Assembly (NCBI GenBank): GCA_036337155.1
Contig: JAYZET010000008.1
Location: forward strand, 116,287-180,286
Direction: 5' to 3'
Source of the DNA: Pseudomonadota bacterium
GTDB lineage: Bacteria > Pseudomonadota > Alphaproteobacteria > UBA8366
DNA: 64,000 bases
The stretch's first letter is position 1. The number at the start of each line of letters is the position of its first letter. Made by a program: the position numbers and the translations under genes. The notes below the pieces were generated by a model, which worked only from the letters and a program-made list of their open reading frames with translations, had not been told where the DNA came from and made no database searches. Of this stretch, positions 39,958 to 51,431 are shown piece by piece.

Positions 39958-41268
39958 ATGTCTGAAATTAAAACTTTTAGCGAGCACGATACATTTGACG
40001 CCTTCTTTAGTGATACGCTCCGGGAGCGTGATAGCGAGGTAATGGCTGCGATCGACGGTGAGCTGGCCCGCCAGCGAGATCAAATTGAGTTAATAGCGTC
40101 CGAAAATATTGTTAGTCGAGCCGTGCTCGAGGCCTGTGGCAGTGTAATGACTAACAAATACGCTGAGGGTTATCCAGGTCGACGTTATTACGGCGGCTGT
40201 GAATTTGTAGACGTTTCGGAACAATTGGCGATTGGTAGGGTCAAGGCGTTATTCGGTTGTCAGTTTGCGAATGTCCAGCCGCATTCCGGATCACAGGCGA
40301 ATTTTGCCGTTTACCAGGCTATGCTCGAGCCTGGCGATACATTGATGGGCATGTCGCTTGACAGCGGTGGGCACCTAACGCACGGAGCAAGCCCAAATCA
40401 ATCTGGGAAATGGTTCAATGCGGTGCAATACGGTGTGCGTAAGGAGGATGGGCGGATAGACTATGATTTAGCGATGAACCTCGCGCAAAAGACAATGCCA
40501 AAACTGATTGTTGCGGGCGGTTCGGCGTATGCGCGACATATTGAATTCGATCGATTTCGGGCAATGGCCGATGAAGTTGGCGCTTATTTAATGGTGGACA
40601 TGGCTCATTTTGCCGGGCTTGTTGCAGGTGATGCTCATCCCAGCCCGGTGTCTGTAGCCGACGTTGTAACATTCACCACGCACAAGACACTTCGAGGACC
40701 TCGAGGTGGCTGCATCGTTACCAATAGCGAAAATATTGCAAAAAAAGTGAACTCGGCTATTTTTCCCGGCATTCAAGGTGGTCCACTGATGCATGTTATC
40801 GCTGCGAAGGCGGTGGCATTTGGCGAGGCGTTGCAGCCGAATTTCAAATCTTATGCGCGTAATATCGTGGACAACGCGAAAATTCTAGCGGCGACATTGA
40901 AAGCTGGCGGTTTAGACATCGTTACTGGCGGCACAGATACGCATGTAGTTTTGGTTGATCTGAGGCCGATGCGCTTGACGGGTAAGGATGCTGAAGCGGC
41001 CATGGAGCGAGCCGGCTTAACCTGTAACAAAAATGCTGTTCCTTATGATCCGGAAAACCCAATGGTCACTTCAGGTGTGCGTTTAGGGACGCCTGCAGCA
41101 ACCAGCCGAGGTTTCGGGCAGGTGGAGTTCAAGCGGGTAGGTGAGTTGATTATTACAGTGCTGCGTGGTCTCGCTGAAAGGCCTAGGGAGCAGGATGTGA
41201 CAGAAGCGAATGTACGTTCCAGGGTTGCGGAATTGTGCCGGCGATTTCCGATATATCCAAACCTGTGA
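39958..41268 (+). CDS. glyA: Serine hydroxymethyltransferase
   Basis: [21 protein letters not shown] and [12 protein letters not shown] (PLP Lys) are present. Confidence 0.95.
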   Translation: MSEIKTFSEHDTFDAFFSDTLRERDSEVMAAIDGELARQRDQIELIASENIVSRAVLEACGSVMTNKYAEGYPGRRYYGGCEFVDVSEQLAIGRVKALFGCQFANVQPHSGSQANFAVYQAMLEPGDTLMGMSLDSGGHLTHGASPNQSGKWFNAVQYGVRKEDGRIDYDLAMNLAQKTMPKLIVAGGSAYARHIEFDRFRAMADEVGAYLMVDMAHFAGLVAGDAHPSPVSVADVVTFTTHKTLRGPRGGCIVTNSENIAKKVNSAIFPGIQGGPLMHVIAAKAVAFGEALQPNFKSYARNIVDNAKILAATLKAGGLDIVTGGTDTHVVLVDLRPMRLTGKDAEAAMERAGLTCNKNAVPYDPENPMVTSGVRLGTPAATSRGFGQVEFKRVGELIITVLRGLAERPREQDVTEANVRSRVAELCRRFPIYPNL

Positions 41269-41297
41269 GCGAGTGAGAAGGGAAAGGGGTTTAGCAT

Positions 41298-41759
41298 ATG
41301 CGTTGTCCATTTTGTGGCCACGAAGATACGCAAGTGAAGGATTCGCGTCCAACGGAAGATAATACTGCGATACGTCGGCGACGGTTTTGCCCGGGTTGCG
41401 GCGCACGATTCACTACGTTCGAGCGGGTCCAACTTCGAGAATTGACGGTTCTCAAACGCAACAATCAACGCGAACCCTTTGACCGGGACAAACTTGCCCG
41501 TTCTATGAATATTGCCTGTCGCAAACGTCCTGTAGACCCGAACCGTATGGAGCGGGTTGTCAACGGTATTGTGCGAAGGCTTGAGAGCTCGGGGGAGAGT
41601 GAGATTAAGGTAGACACGATTGGTGAACTAGTCATGGAAGCACTGGCCGCTCTTGACCAAGTTGCCTATGTGCGTTTCGCGTCGGTCTACCGAAACTTTC
41701 GCGAGGCTAAAGATTTTGAGGAGTTCATCACAGATGAACTCGCCGAAGAAGGCGCATAG
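41298..41759 (+). CDS. nrdR: Transcriptional repressor NrdR
   Basis: It has a zinc ribbon ([18 protein letters not shown]...[12 protein letters not shown]) plus an ATP-cone. Confidence 0.9.
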   Translation: MRCPFCGHEDTQVKDSRPTEDNTAIRRRRFCPGCGARFTTFERVQLRELTVLKRNNQREPFDRDKLARSMNIACRKRPVDPNRMERVVNGIVRRLESSGESEIKVDTIGELVMEALAALDQVAYVRFASVYRNFREAKDFEEFITDELAEEGA

Positions 41760-42861
41760 CGCTGAGGATCGGCGTTTTATGAGATCTGCCCTCTTCCTTG
41801 CACGGAGGGGGCTTGGTTCTGTTGCGCCGAATCCTTCGGTTGGTTGCGTGATAGTCGCACCGGGTGGCATGGTGGTTGGGCGCGGTTGGACACAGCCTGG
41901 AGGTCGGCCCCACGCTGAAGCGGAGGCTTTGGGTCGAGCTGGGGAAAGATCGCGTGGCGCTGCGGCTTTTGTCACGCTAGAGCCTTGTAGTCATTATGGA
42001 AAGACGCCTCCGTGTGCCGAAACTCTCATCGCTGCGGGTATCAAACGTGCTGTCGTCGCTATCGAAGATCCGGACGAGCGGGTTTCTGGCCGCGGCTTGA
42101 AAAGCCTTCGGGAAGCGGGTGTCGATGTTACACTTGGTGTTATGGCTGCTGAAGCTGAAGAGCTGAATATGGGCTTTATAATGCACCGGCGAACTGGACG
42201 GCCGCTCGTCACTCTTAAATCTGCCACTACGCTCGACGGTCGGATAGCGACCCATACAGGAGCGAGCCATTGGATCACGGGCGCGCTGGCACGCCGCAGG
42301 GCTCATTTAATGCGAATGTCGCACGACGCTATTGTCGTCGGTATTGGTACAGCGCTAGCTGACGATCCAGAACTGACCTGCCGTTTGCCTGGATTGGAGG
42401 TTCATGATCCAGTCCGCGTGGTGATCGATTCCCGCTTGCAACTTCCGCTAACCAGTAAGCTCGTTCAGACTGCGCGCAAGACGCCAACCTGGGTTGTGGT
42501 CTCGGTCGAGACCAACCCTGAGAGATGCAAGGCTTATGAGGATCTTGGCGTTCTCGTAATTCCCGTTTCGGTTGGGCCAGACCGCTATCCTGATCCGCTG
42601 GTTGTCTTGAGGGAGCTGGGAGATCGTGGTTTGACCCGAGTACTGGTAGAAGGTGGTAGCTCGGTTGCCGCGTTATTACTGCGCGCGGGTCTGGTTGACA
42701 GGCTCGCATGGTTCCGCGCGGCGTCGGTGATAGGTGGCGACGGTGTGCCGGCGATAGCCGCCTTTGGTGTTGATGAATTGTCGCAGATGAGGCGTTTCGA
42801 ACTTTTATCATTCGAATCTCTGGGTGACGATAGGCTGGAAACATACTTGGTGGTAAATTAA
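41734..42861 (+). CDS. ribD: Bifunctional riboflavin biosynthesis deaminase/reductase RibD
   Basis: It has the CMP/dCMP-type deaminase zinc site (HAEAEAL ... [11 protein letters not shown]) followed by the reductase domain ([13 protein letters not shown]). The start is taken at ATG 41734, overlapping the nrdR end. Confidence 0.85.
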   Translation: MNSPKKAHSAEDRRFMRSALFLARRGLGSVAPNPSVGCVIVAPGGMVVGRGWTQPGGRPHAEAEALGRAGERSRGAAAFVTLEPCSHYGKTPPCAETLIAAGIKRAVVAIEDPDERVSGRGLKSLREAGVDVTLGVMAAEAEELNMGFIMHRRTGRPLVTLKSATTLDGRIATHTGASHWITGALARRRAHLMRMSHDAIVVGIGTALADDPELTCRLPGLEVHDPVRVVIDSRLQLPLTSKLVQTARKTPTWVVVSVETNPERCKAYEDLGVLVIPVSVGPDRYPDPLVVLRELGDRGLTRVLVEGGSSVAALLLRAGLVDRLAWFRAASVIGGDGVPAIAAFGVDELSQMRRFELLSFESLGDDRLETYLVVN

Positions 42862-42891
42862 GGTTCCGAGCTAACCTCAAATGGAGTGCAA

Positions 42892-43485
42892 ATGTTCACG
42901 GGCTTGGTCACAGATGTCGGCCGAATTCGCTCAATCAAAGGCACAGGCGATTGCCGGATAGAGATCGAGACGTCCTATCAGATGACGGAAATTCCTCTTG
43001 GTGCATCGATTGCGTGTTCGGGCGTATGCCTGACAGCGGTTGAAATCGGCGAGAATTGGTTTGCTGTAGATGCGTCTGAGGAAACTTGGTCGAAGACTAC
43101 TCTTGGAGAGTGGAGGGAGGGTAGGCAATTAAATTTAGAACGATCGTTGCGCATAGGCGACGAGTTGGGTGGTCATTTGGTATTTGGGCATGTCGACGGT
43201 GTGGCCAAGGTTATCAATCGTAAGGCCGCCGGGGACAGCATCCGCTTCATGATTGAACCGCCCAAAACCTTGGCTTTATATATTGCTTCGAAAGGAAGCG
43301 TGGCTTTGGATGGAGTTTCTTTGACAGTAAACGAAGTGGAGCGCACTTACTTCGGAGTAAACATTATCCCGCATACGGCGGAAGTGACGTCTTTCGGTGC
43401 TCTTCAGGCGGGTGACCGGCTAAACCTTGAGGTGGATATGCTCGCCCGATATGTTGCGCGGCAATTGGAATGCCAAAAGGAATAG
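42892..43485 (+). CDS. ribE: Riboflavin synthase
   Basis: [10 protein letters not shown] is at the N-terminus, and the two-barrel internal repeat is present ([12 protein letters not shown] / [12 protein letters not shown]). Confidence 0.85.
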   Translation: MFTGLVTDVGRIRSIKGTGDCRIEIETSYQMTEIPLGASIACSGVCLTAVEIGENWFAVDASEETWSKTTLGEWREGRQLNLERSLRIGDELGGHLVFGHVDGVAKVINRKAAGDSIRFMIEPPKTLALYIASKGSVALDGVSLTVNEVERTYFGVNIIPHTAEVTSFGALQAGDRLNLEVDMLARYVARQLECQKE

Positions 43486-43489
43486 GCGA

Positions 43490-44665
43490 ATGGCCGAAGA
43501 ACGAGGAAATATTGCCACGATTACTAAACAAGACCATCGTCGAGCGCAGGAGGATTTAGAATTTTTGTCGTCGATCGAAGATATAATCGATGATGCACGG
43601 AACGGACGGATGTTTATTTTGGTCGACGATGAGGAGCGTGAAAACGAAGGCGACTTAGTAATTCCTGCACAAATGGCGACGCCGGATGCAGTCAACTTCA
43701 TGGCCATGCATGGGCGCGGATTAATCTGTCTCGCTTTGACCCAAAAGCGTTGCGACCACCTTGGCCTAAAATTAATGTCTCAAGCTAATGAATCGCGTCA
43801 TACGACTGCGTTCACAGTATCGATTGAGGCACGTGAAGGGGTTACGACGGGTATTTCGGCTCCGGATCGTGCGCGGACCATTTCTGCCGCGATCGATCCG
43901 ATGAGTGAGGCAAACGATATTGTTTCGCCGGGTCACGTATTTCCTCTTACGGCACGTGACGGCGGGGTTCTTGTGCGAGCTGGGCACACGGAAGCATCTG
44001 TAGATATTGCGCGCCTTGCTGGTCTCAATCCTTCCGGTGTGATTTGCGAGATCATGAACGAAGATGGCACTATGGCAAGGTTGCCAGACTTGATAAAGTT
44101 CGCGCAAATTCACAAACTGAGGATCGGTGCGATTGCCGATCTTATCGCATATCGTCGGCGGCATGACCGGACTATTGAAAAAATCGCGGATACTACCTTA
44201 CGCAGCAGATACGGTGGCGAATTCAAAATGTACGTCTATGCCAATCGTGTTGAATATGCCGAACATTTAGCGTTAGTAATGGGCGACGTCGCGCATGGTG
44301 GTCCGGTAATGGTGCGGATGCATGCCCTCAATATTCTCGATGACGCACTTGGTTCACTGGATCGAGGTAAGGACGCTGATCTCCAACGTTCAATGGAATT
44401 GATCGGTGCCGAAGGTAGGGGTGTCATTGTGATTATTCGGGAGCCGCGGCGCACATATATTGCCGATATGGTCAAGGCGCATTCGCTCGGCCGATCGTCG
44501 GATCGTGGTGGACAACGTCAAGATTTGAGAGATTACGGTGTGGGTGCACAAATTCTGCTGGATCTCGGCGTTTCTGATTTGATTCTGCTCTCCGATACCA
44601 TAAAGACCATAGTTGGAATTGAGGGTTACGGCCTCAAGGTTACTGAACAGCAATCGATAAAATGA
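43490..44665 (+). CDS. ribB: 3,4-dihydroxy-2-butanone-4-phosphate synthase fused to a degenerate GTP cyclohydrolase II-like domain (RibBX type)
   Basis: The DHBP synthase domain is intact ([20 protein letters not shown]). The C-terminal RibA-like domain keeps [17 protein letters not shown]. It lacks the zinc-binding Cys residues and the QEGRGIG motif ([27 protein letters not shown]). Confidence 0.8.
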   Translation: MAEERGNIATITKQDHRRAQEDLEFLSSIEDIIDDARNGRMFILVDDEERENEGDLVIPAQMATPDAVNFMAMHGRGLICLALTQKRCDHLGLKLMSQANESRHTTAFTVSIEAREGVTTGISAPDRARTISAAIDPMSEANDIVSPGHVFPLTARDGGVLVRAGHTEASVDIARLAGLNPSGVICEIMNEDGTMARLPDLIKFAQIHKLRIGAIADLIAYRRRHDRTIEKIADTTLRSRYGGEFKMYVYANRVEYAEHLALVMGDVAHGGPVMVRMHALNILDDALGSLDRGKDADLQRSMELIGAEGRGVIVIIREPRRTYIADMVKAHSLGRSSDRGGQRQDLRDYGVGAQILLDLGVSDLILLSDTIKTIVGIEGYGLKVTEQQSIK

Positions 44666-45135
44666 CCATTATAATTCCCCAACCCCGTATTATGATAATT
44701 GAGGCACGATTCTACGAAGACTTGGCAGACGAAATGGCGCTTGGGGCCATTGCTGTTCTTAAGGAGGCTGAGGCTGAGTTTGAACGTTTTTCGGTTCCAG
44801 GCGCCTTCGAAATTCCTGCCGCGATTAAATTCGCTGTCAAAGCGTTGGAGTTTGAGCCGGATCGCCGACGATTTGACGGATATGTTGCGCTCGGCTGTGT
44901 TATCCGCGGTGAGACGTCTCACTACGACTACGTATGTGGCGAAAGTGCTAGAGGATTGATGGATCTATCGAATCGATATTCCCTTGCAATTGGATACGGT
45001 ATCCTGACCTGCGAGGACCGAGACCAAGCATGGGCACGTGCGTCGCGCGAAAGTGGAAATAAAGGGGCGGCTGCCGCTAACGCTTGTTTAGACATGATCC
45101 GTATGAAGAGGGGCTTTGGCCTCTACCCGAGATAG
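44662..45135 (+). CDS. ribH: 6,7-dimethyl-8-ribityllumazine synthase
   Basis: VPGAFEIP and GCVIRGETSHYDYV are present. An ATGA overlap links it to the upstream gene. Confidence 0.85.
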   Translation: MTIIIPQPRIMIIEARFYEDLADEMALGAIAVLKEAEAEFERFSVPGAFEIPAAIKFAVKALEFEPDRRRFDGYVALGCVIRGETSHYDYVCGESARGLMDLSNRYSLAIGYGILTCEDRDQAWARASRESGNKGAAAANACLDMIRMKRGFGLYPR

Positions 45136-45137
45136 TC

Positions 45138-45611
45138 GTGTCGCGGTCAGCTTCTCTTGGAACCCGCCGCCGTGGTTCACGCCTCGCCGCGGTCCAAGCT
45201 CTATACCAAATAGAATTGACCGATCAGAGCGTTGAAGATGTGATCAACGACTTACGAGAAAGGCGATCTGCTGGCGCGATTGAAGTCGAAGAGCCTGTAA
45301 CGCCAGAAAGCGTAGATGAACCGTTCTTTGAAGAGATTGTGACATCAGTCGCTTCTGAATTCGAGCGATACGATGCCTTGCTCGAAGAGGCTCTCGATCG
45401 TCGTAAAATTGCCCGGACGGAAATCATTTTAAGATTGATTTTGCGCGCTGCGGCATATGAAATAATCGATCGGCCGGACATTGATCCGCCGCTCAGCATT
45501 AACGAGTATGTCGCTATATCGCAGGCATTTTTTTCTGAAACGCAACCGACATTTGTAAACGGCGTTTTAGACCGCCTTGCGAAGGAGGCCCATAGCGATG
45601 GCCAAGGGTGA
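45138..45611 (+). CDS. nusB: Transcription antitermination factor NusB
   Basis: SRLAAVQALYQIEL and ILRAAAYE are present. It has the conserved position after ribH. The GTG 45138 start is inferred (the track ORF from 45084 overlaps ribH). Confidence 0.78.
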   Translation: MSRSASLGTRRRGSRLAAVQALYQIELTDQSVEDVINDLRERRSAGAIEVEEPVTPESVDEPFFEEIVTSVASEFERYDALLEEALDRRKIARTEIILRLILRAAAYEIIDRPDIDPPLSINEYVAISQAFFSETQPTFVNGVLDRLAKEAHSDGQG

Positions 45612-46569
45612 GTTCGGGCGTATCGCTGACTACTTTGCGCCGCTGGCCAACGGATTTCCAAGCGCATATGGTTTGCAGGACGATGCAGCGACAATTAGCA
45701 TGGCGTCTGGCAGAACTCTTGTCGTAACCACCGATACCATTGTCGAAGGCGTACACTATCTTGGCAACGAGTCGCCCGCCACGCTCGCGCGAAAATTGTT
45801 ACGGGTGAGTTTGTCTGATCTTGCTGCGATGGGCGCCGTTGCTCGTGCTTATACGCTCAATATTGCACTTGGCGATTCAGTAAGCGACGCTTGGGTAAAG
45901 GATTTCTGTGGAGGGTTAAGACAAGACCAATCAGAATTCGGAATTCACCTTATTGGGGGCGATAGTGTCTCGACCAACGGGCCGTTGGTGCTCACGGCTA
46001 CATTGTTTGGTGAGATTGATGAGGCGCGAGTGCTTCGCCGGTCTGGTGCGTGTCCAGGAGATTCCATCTTTGTGTCGGGTACGCTGGGCGACGGTGCGCT
46101 TGGTTTGCTCGCTGCTAGAGATGAATTGGCAGAGGTCGACAAGGGCGACATTGAATTTCTTTCAAATCGTTATCGACTGCCACAACCCCGGATTGATCTT
46201 GGGCAGTCTTTGGTGGGTATTAGCACAGCGGCTGCAGATATTTCGGACGGGCTTCTTGCTGATCTCAGGCATATTTGTGGGGCGTCAGGCGTCGGCGCCG
46301 AGGTGGTTTTGGGCGACCTCCCATTATCATCCGCAGCAAAGCGTGTACTGGAGATCCGGCCCCATTTAGCCCCTCTCATTGCGACCGGCGGTGATGACTA
46401 TGAGTTGGTATTTACCGTGCCCAAGAGCAAGGTTAATCAAATTTCAGCCCAAAAACTCGATGTGCAGATTGTTTGCATAGGGACTGTTGTGGAAGGCAAG
46501 GGCGTTCGGGCTTTGGATAGCGTTGGTAGTGAAGTTTCCTTCGCTCGGATGGGATTTCGCCATAACTAA
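45598..46569 (+). CDS. thiL: Thiamine-monophosphate kinase
   Basis: GEFGRIADYF, DDAA and the AIR-synthase-like domain GGD...GDDYELVFT are present. It follows nusB. Confidence 0.8.
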   Translation: MAKGEFGRIADYFAPLANGFPSAYGLQDDAATISMASGRTLVVTTDTIVEGVHYLGNESPATLARKLLRVSLSDLAAMGAVARAYTLNIALGDSVSDAWVKDFCGGLRQDQSEFGIHLIGGDSVSTNGPLVLTATLFGEIDEARVLRRSGACPGDSIFVSGTLGDGALGLLAARDELAEVDKGDIEFLSNRYRLPQPRIDLGQSLVGISTAAADISDGLLADLRHICGASGVGAEVVLGDLPLSSAAKRVLEIRPHLAPLIATGGDDYELVFTVPKSKVNQISAQKLDVQIVCIGTVVEGKGVRALDSVGSEVSFARMGFRHN

Positions 46570-46651
46570 TACCCCAAACTGCGGCTCTTACTTTCTAACG
46601 ATCTACCTGTTACAAGATAACCACATGATGGCGAGACAATTTAGAAAATAG

Positions 46652-47107
46652 ATGAACCGTATTATCATCATCATCATTGCTGTGGTTGTAATAGTAGCTT
46701 GTGGTGGAGCTGTTTGGTATTTCTTTGTCCAAGCGGATGCGCCTTCCGTAGAAGCTAAAGAAGAGGAGGATAACCTCGAGCAGGCCGAGTTTGTCGATAT
46801 AGAGAACCTTGCCATATCGGTCATTAAGGGAGGACGCGTCATCCGTTATATAACGATTAGCCTCAGCCTCGAGATGAAAGATAAAGAGGCCAAGAAACTT
46901 GGCGACTTGGCGTTACCGCGCCTTAAGGATGAAATATTTCGTGATCTGCATTCTTATTTTTCAATGCAAAATCTTGAACAGACGGGTATTAACGTGGCTC
47001 AAGTAAAGGCACGACTGATGTGGGCTGCGGAACGTGCCATTGGCCGAGATAAGGTTCGCCAGATTATTATCCAGGGCGCGTACGAGCGTAAGCGGTCGAC
47101 AAAATAG
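46652..47107 (+). CDS. fliL: Flagellar basal-body-associated protein FliL family
   Basis: It has a single N-terminal TM (IIIIIIAVVVIVACGG) and then FliL-like FVDIENLAISVIKGGRVIRYITISLSLEM...LPRLKDEIFRDL. Confidence 0.62.
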   Translation: MNRIIIIIIAVVVIVACGGAVWYFFVQADAPSVEAKEEEDNLEQAEFVDIENLAISVIKGGRVIRYITISLSLEMKDKEAKKLGDLALPRLKDEIFRDLHSYFSMQNLEQTGINVAQVKARLMWAAERAIGRDKVRQIIIQGAYERKRSTK

Positions 47108-47312
47108 TGTGTAAATTCTGGTTTTGACTTGCGTTTCTTGGGTAAATTACCGAGTCGTCTGAATATTCTGAATGTTGCCTTCGGGGCATCGTTCTGGCAT
47201 GTTCCCTCCGCTTTTCGAGGGAGGAGACGTTAGGTATCCGTTATTAAAATTGCTTCGAGACCTAAGAGAAGCGAATTTTATTGTCTCAGAAACATTACGA
47301 GGTGAGTGAACG

Positions 47313-49385
47313 ATGTTGGAAATCGTCATCGCTTGTGGCGTCATTGCGGTGCTTTACGGGATTTTCGCTAGTCGGTCGATACTGGCGGCGAGTGCGGGCA
47401 GCGAGCGCATGCAGGAAATTGCAGGCGCTATTCAGGAAGGCGCAAAGGCTTATCTCAATCGTCAATACCGTGCGATAGGCATGGTAGGATTCGTGGTGGC
47501 GATTATTTTGTCGATCTTGCTCGGGGCTGAGGCCTCAATTGGCTTCGTAATCGGCGCAGTGTTATCGGGTGCAGCCGGTTATGTTGGCATGCTGATTTCG
47601 GTTCGTGCCAACGTGCGAACCACTGAGGCTGCGCGTCAAGGCTTGGCACAGGGTCTTTCTATATCATTCAGGTCCGGCGCCGTTACGGGGATGCTAGTCG
47701 CTGGCTTTGCGCTACTTGCAATTTCTATCTACTATAGCGTTCTGATAGCTCAAGGTTCGGATCAAAAACAATTGATTGACGGGCTGATAGGCCTAGCCTT
47801 TGGCGCTTCCTTAATTTCGATCTTTGCACGACTTGGCGGTGGTATCTTTACTAAGGGTGCCGATGTAGGCGCCGACCTCGTCGGTAAAGTTGAAGCAGGC
47901 ATACCCGAAGATGATCCGCGCAACCCGGCCGTGATCGCTGATAATGTTGGCGATAATGTCGGCGATTGTGCGGGCATGGCAGCTGATTTGTTCGAGACCT
48001 ATGTCGTTACCGTCGGGGCAACGATGGTTCTGGCGTTGATCTACGGCGTCAGTGGCATAGAACTGAGCGAGTTCTTGCTGTATCCGATGGCGATTTGCGG
48101 CGTTTGTCTTGTTGCGTCGATCATTGCGACCTTTTTCGTCAAGGTTGGCTCCAACCAGAACATCATGGGTGCCCTTTACAAGGGCTTTGCCGGTAGTGCG
48201 ATCATCTCTGCGATATTGCTTTGGCCGGTGACGTCGCATGTCATCGGTATGAATACGGCGATGACTATGGGGGACGTCACTTTCACTGGAAAAGGACTTT
48301 TTTGTTGCGGTGTCATCGGTTTGATACTGACTGGGCTGATTGTTTGGGTAACGGAATATTATACTTCAACGGACTTTCGTCCCGTGCGCTCGGTTGCGAA
48401 GGCATCCGAGACCGGTCACGGAACCAACGTTATTCAGGGCCTCGCGATCTCAATGGAGGCTACTGCAGTCCCGGCTGTGCTAATCTGCATAGCGATTGTT
48501 ATGACCCATCAGATTGCTGGTTTGATTGGAATTGCAATTGCAGTCACGACGATGCTTGCCCTGGCGGGTATGGTCGTTGCTTTGGATGCCTATGGTCCGG
48601 TCACGGACAACGCCGGTGGCATTGCGGAAATGGCTGAGTTGGAGGAGAGCGTTCGTAATACGACGGATGCGCTCGATGCAGTTGGCAATACCACTAAGGC
48701 GGTGACAAAAGGATATGCGATCGGTTCCGCTGGTCTGGGAGCGCTCGTTTTGTTTGCTGCCTACACAGCGGATTTGGATCGATTTTTTAAGGATGTCACT
48801 GTAAATTTTGGGCTTGATAATCCGTATGTAGTCATTGGCCTCTTTATGGGTGGATTGCTACCTTACCTTTTCGGAGCCCTCGGTATGACAGCGGTCGGCC
48901 GCGCCGGCGGTGCCGTGGTTGTCGAAGTGCGGCGTCAGTTCAGGGAAATTCCTGGTATTATGGAAGGAACGAGCAAGCCAGAATATGGCACCTGCGTTGA
49001 CATGCTGACTAAATATGCCATCAGAGAGATGATCGTTCCATCGATGCTACCAGTTTTAAGTCCGCTGGTATTGTACTTTATCGTGTTAGCCGTCGCGGAT
49101 CAGGGTGCGGCGTTTGCCGCGCTAGGTGCTATGCTTCTGGGTGTGATTGTCACCGGCCTGTTTGTCGCGATTTCAATGACCGCAGGCGGTGGCGCCTGGG
49201 ACAACGCAAAGAAATACATCGAAGATGGCCAACACGGGGGTAAAGGCTCCGATGCGCACCATGCTGCTATAACTGGTGACACCGTCGGTGACCCTTACAA
49301 GGATACAGCCGGGCCAGCGGTAAATCCTATGATCAAGATAACTAATATTGTCGCGTTACTGCTGCTGGCAGTATTGGCGCATTGA
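47313..49385 (+). CDS. hppA: Membrane-bound proton-translocating pyrophosphatase, K+-independent subclass
   Basis: It is a 690-aa polytopic protein with [35 protein letters not shown] and [14 protein letters not shown]. The Lys in [16 protein letters not shown] marks K+-insensitive H+-PPases. Confidence 0.93.
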   Translation: MLEIVIACGVIAVLYGIFASRSILAASAGSERMQEIAGAIQEGAKAYLNRQYRAIGMVGFVVAIILSILLGAEASIGFVIGAVLSGAAGYVGMLISVRANVRTTEAARQGLAQGLSISFRSGAVTGMLVAGFALLAISIYYSVLIAQGSDQKQLIDGLIGLAFGASLISIFARLGGGIFTKGADVGADLVGKVEAGIPEDDPRNPAVIADNVGDNVGDCAGMAADLFETYVVTVGATMVLALIYGVSGIELSEFLLYPMAICGVCLVASIIATFFVKVGSNQNIMGALYKGFAGSAIISAILLWPVTSHVIGMNTAMTMGDVTFTGKGLFCCGVIGLILTGLIVWVTEYYTSTDFRPVRSVAKASETGHGTNVIQGLAISMEATAVPAVLICIAIVMTHQIAGLIGIAIAVTTMLALAGMVVALDAYGPVTDNAGGIAEMAELEESVRNTTDALDAVGNTTKAVTKGYAIGSAGLGALVLFAAYTADLDRFFKDVTVNFGLDNPYVVIGLFMGGLLPYLFGALGMTAVGRAGGAVVVEVRRQFREIPGIMEGTSKPEYGTCVDMLTKYAIREMIVPSMLPVLSPLVLYFIVLAVADQGAAFAALGAMLLGVIVTGLFVAISMTAGGGAWDNAKKYIEDGQHGGKGSDAHHAAITGDTVGDPYKDTAGPAVNPMIKITNIVALLLLAVLAH

Positions 49386-49396
49386 GGTTTTATTGA

Positions 49397-49437
49397 GAAA
49401 AAAAAGCCCTGGTGCTTGCGGCGCCGGGGCTTTTTTT
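49397..49437. terminator. Bidirectional Rho-independent terminator between convergent hppA and bamE
   Basis: An A-run is followed by a 10-bp GC-rich stem (49406-49415 / 49421-49430, two G-U pairs) with a 5-nt loop, then T7. Confidence 0.7.
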
Positions 49438-49461
49438 GCGTTAGCACTGGCGAAAGAATAG

Positions 49462-49941
49462 TTAATAGCGATAAGACTGATCTGATCCGGGGCGATTAAA
49501 GCGTCCAAGATTACCAATCATTTGCTCGATGAAGCCGAGTTCGTTGCCAGATGTTGGCGTCTTGCCCTCGGCAAAATCAATATCTCGGCTATCACTCTTA
49601 TCATATGTCTGAATGCGCTCAATCTTTCCAGCTGGATCGAAATACACCGCGACCACCTGCTGTAGAATGGTGGATGCTTCAAAAAATGCCCATCTTTCGG
49701 TGCGGCGACCAATGTAATACCAAACCTCTTTATCGAATGTGCCGAAGGTGGAGGGGGTACCCAGCAAGCTTCGAACATATTCCTTTGAATGCATGCCAAC
49801 CTTTAGCTTGTCTAATTGACTTATTGCGGGCAGGTTTCCACGATTAGCGGTACGCGGCGCACAGGCGGCCGTTACAATGGCGATTGTCGTGATAATTGTC
49901 ATTGTGACGAGCGATTTGGACATTGAGAACCTCAGTTCCAT
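49462..49941 (-). CDS. bamE: Outer membrane protein assembly factor BamE (SmpA/OmlA lipoprotein)
   Basis: It has a lipobox (IVTAAC) and SmpA/OmlA-like KLKVGMHSKEYVRSLLGTPS...WYYI. Confidence 0.72.
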   Translation of the reverse strand: MELRFSMSKSLVTMTIITTIAIVTAACAPRTANRGNLPAISQLDKLKVGMHSKEYVRSLLGTPSTFGTFDKEVWYYIGRRTERWAFFEASTILQQVVAVYFDPAGKIERIQTYDKSDSRDIDFAEGKTPTSGNELGFIEQMIGNLGRFNRPGSDQSYRY

Positions 49942-50060
49942 AAAGTCGACTTTCCAAAGGTCAGGCTACGGCATTATATAACGTTTGCTTGAGTATTCCA
50001 GTTGTGCCGACAGTGACTAGCGAATAGATCATTCTATCGAGGGAAAAATATTTAAGTCTG

Positions 50061-50600
50061 ATGGTGTCCTTATTTAGTAGATTACTTTCGACTTCTAATA
50101 GAGCGGTGCGGGACCTATATACCGAAATCGTAACTCGCGCGCGAAGCACCGAATACTTCCTCGAATGGGGCGTGCCGGACACTCCGAATGGTCGTTTCGA
50201 GGTCCTGGTTCTACATCTTTTTCTCGTTATGCATCGGCTGAGGTCGGAAGATGGGCTTTCGAAATTTGCCCGCGCAATCTCAGAAGAGGCAGTGCTCGAC
50301 ATGGATCGTAACTTACGTGAAATGGGTGTTGGCGACCTATCTGTCGGACGCAAGGTGAAAACGCTCGCGGAGATGATGTACGGGCGATTTGGTGCCTATA
50401 CCGACGGCATTGAAGGCGATGATGAAGCCCTTTCAGAGGCAATCCGATGCTATCTTTTCGCCGATTTCGAACCAACAGAAGATGTCGTTTTGGCGGTTGT
50501 AAGGTTTGTGCGGGCGGAAGCTGAACGTCTTTACTCGATTGATTCCTCGTGGCTGCTTGAGGGGAAGCTTTCTGATGAAGGATTATCTAATGTCATGTAA
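50061..50600 (+). CDS. Ubiquinol-cytochrome c chaperone (Cbp3-like) family protein
   Basis: FLEWGVPDTPNGRFEVLVLHLFLVMHRLR and the following region are typical of the Ubiq_cyt_C_chap family in alphaproteobacteria. Confidence 0.68.
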   Translation: MVSLFSRLLSTSNRAVRDLYTEIVTRARSTEYFLEWGVPDTPNGRFEVLVLHLFLVMHRLRSEDGLSKFARAISEEAVLDMDRNLREMGVGDLSVGRKVKTLAEMMYGRFGAYTDGIEGDDEALSEAIRCYLFADFEPTEDVVLAVVRFVRAEAERLYSIDSSWLLEGKLSDEGLSNVM

Positions 50601-51120
50601 GATAGAATTCTCTCGGTTGCTGGATCTCGATGAAATCGGTTTGAACGGTCTACAGCAAAATATTGAAGCCAACAGCGAAGAATGTGGTTTGCTTGCGCGC
50701 CGATTCGGCATTTTAACGGTCTATGCACTGTCTGCTTCGCTTAGTATCCGTAAATCGAACAATGACGAAATGTTCACTGTGCACGGCTGTTTTTTGGCCA
50801 GGGTGCAGCAAGAATGCAATGTTTCGTTAGATCCATTCGATGAGAAAATCTCAGCAAAAATAGATCAAACCTTTGTAAGAGTGCAGGATTGCCCAACGGA
50901 AGTACAATTGGAACCGGATTTAGAAGAGGCTTATGACGAGAAAATCAGGGGCAAATTTATCGATCTTGGTGAAATGGTAGCACAATGTTTCGCTATCGAA
51001 CTCAGTCCATATCCCCGCAAGCCAGGAGTCGAGTATATCCAAGAAGTAGAAAAAAATACTTATTCAGAAGTACTTAACCCATTTTCCAAGCTGGCCCAGC
51101 TAAAGCCAGACGGGAAATAA
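50575..51120 (+). CDS. yceD: YceD/DUF177 family protein
   Basis: It has the conserved position immediately upstream of rpmF, an acidic C-terminal half and [19 protein letters not shown]. The start is uncertain. Confidence 0.65.
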   Translation: MKDYLMSCKIEFSRLLDLDEIGLNGLQQNIEANSEECGLLARRFGILTVYALSASLSIRKSNNDEMFTVHGCFLARVQQECNVSLDPFDEKISAKIDQTFVRVQDCPTEVQLEPDLEEAYDEKIRGKFIDLGEMVAQCFAIELSPYPRKPGVEYIQEVEKNTYSEVLNPFSKLAQLKPDGK

Positions 51121-51214
51121 TCTATTCAGACGGTTGCTTGCCGTATCGGCTAAATTTGTTTATGTAGGCGCAAATTTGCCGAGAGGCGACCAAATTTTCG
51201 AGAGAATTTGTCCG

Positions 51215-51397
51215 ATGGCTGTACCGAAGAAGAAGGTATCGAAGTCGCGCCGCAATAAGCGTCGAGCTCACGATGGATTAAAAACGATGAGTTTTGTCGA
51301 GTGTTCGAATTGTGGTGAGCTCAAACGTCCGCACCATGTTTGCGGTGCATGCGGTTATTATGATCATCGTGAGGTTGTGGAAGTCGCCGCAATCTGA
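51215..51397 (+). CDS. rpmF: 50S ribosomal protein L32
   Basis: [19 protein letters not shown]... is present with the CxxC...CxxC zinc ribbon (CSNCG...CGACG). Confidence 0.9.
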   Translation: MAVPKKKVSKSRRNKRRAHDGLKTMSFVECSNCGELKRPHHVCGACGYYDHREVVEVAAI

Positions 51398-51431
51398 TCC
51401 AATCGGAGCTTTGCAACTAGGCGAACGCGTT

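Noticed and set aside
41269-41297. An FMN riboswitch expected near the riboflavin operon.
   Set aside because: The rib genes follow nrdR with overlapping or very short spacers. No leader is long enough for an FMN element, and no conserved FMN-box sequence was seen.
46661-46678. An ATC/ATT trinucleotide run at the start of fliL.
   Set aside because: It simply encodes the poly-Ile start of the transmembrane helix. It is too short to treat as a microsatellite.
47205-47240. A hairpin (TCCCTC-N8-GAGGGA) carrying an SD-like GGGAGGAG in the hppA leader, considered as a possible riboregulator or leader peptide.
   Set aside because: No start codon follows the SD-like element and there is no U-tract. 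The stem has only 6-7 bp, so support for a regulatory call is insufficient.
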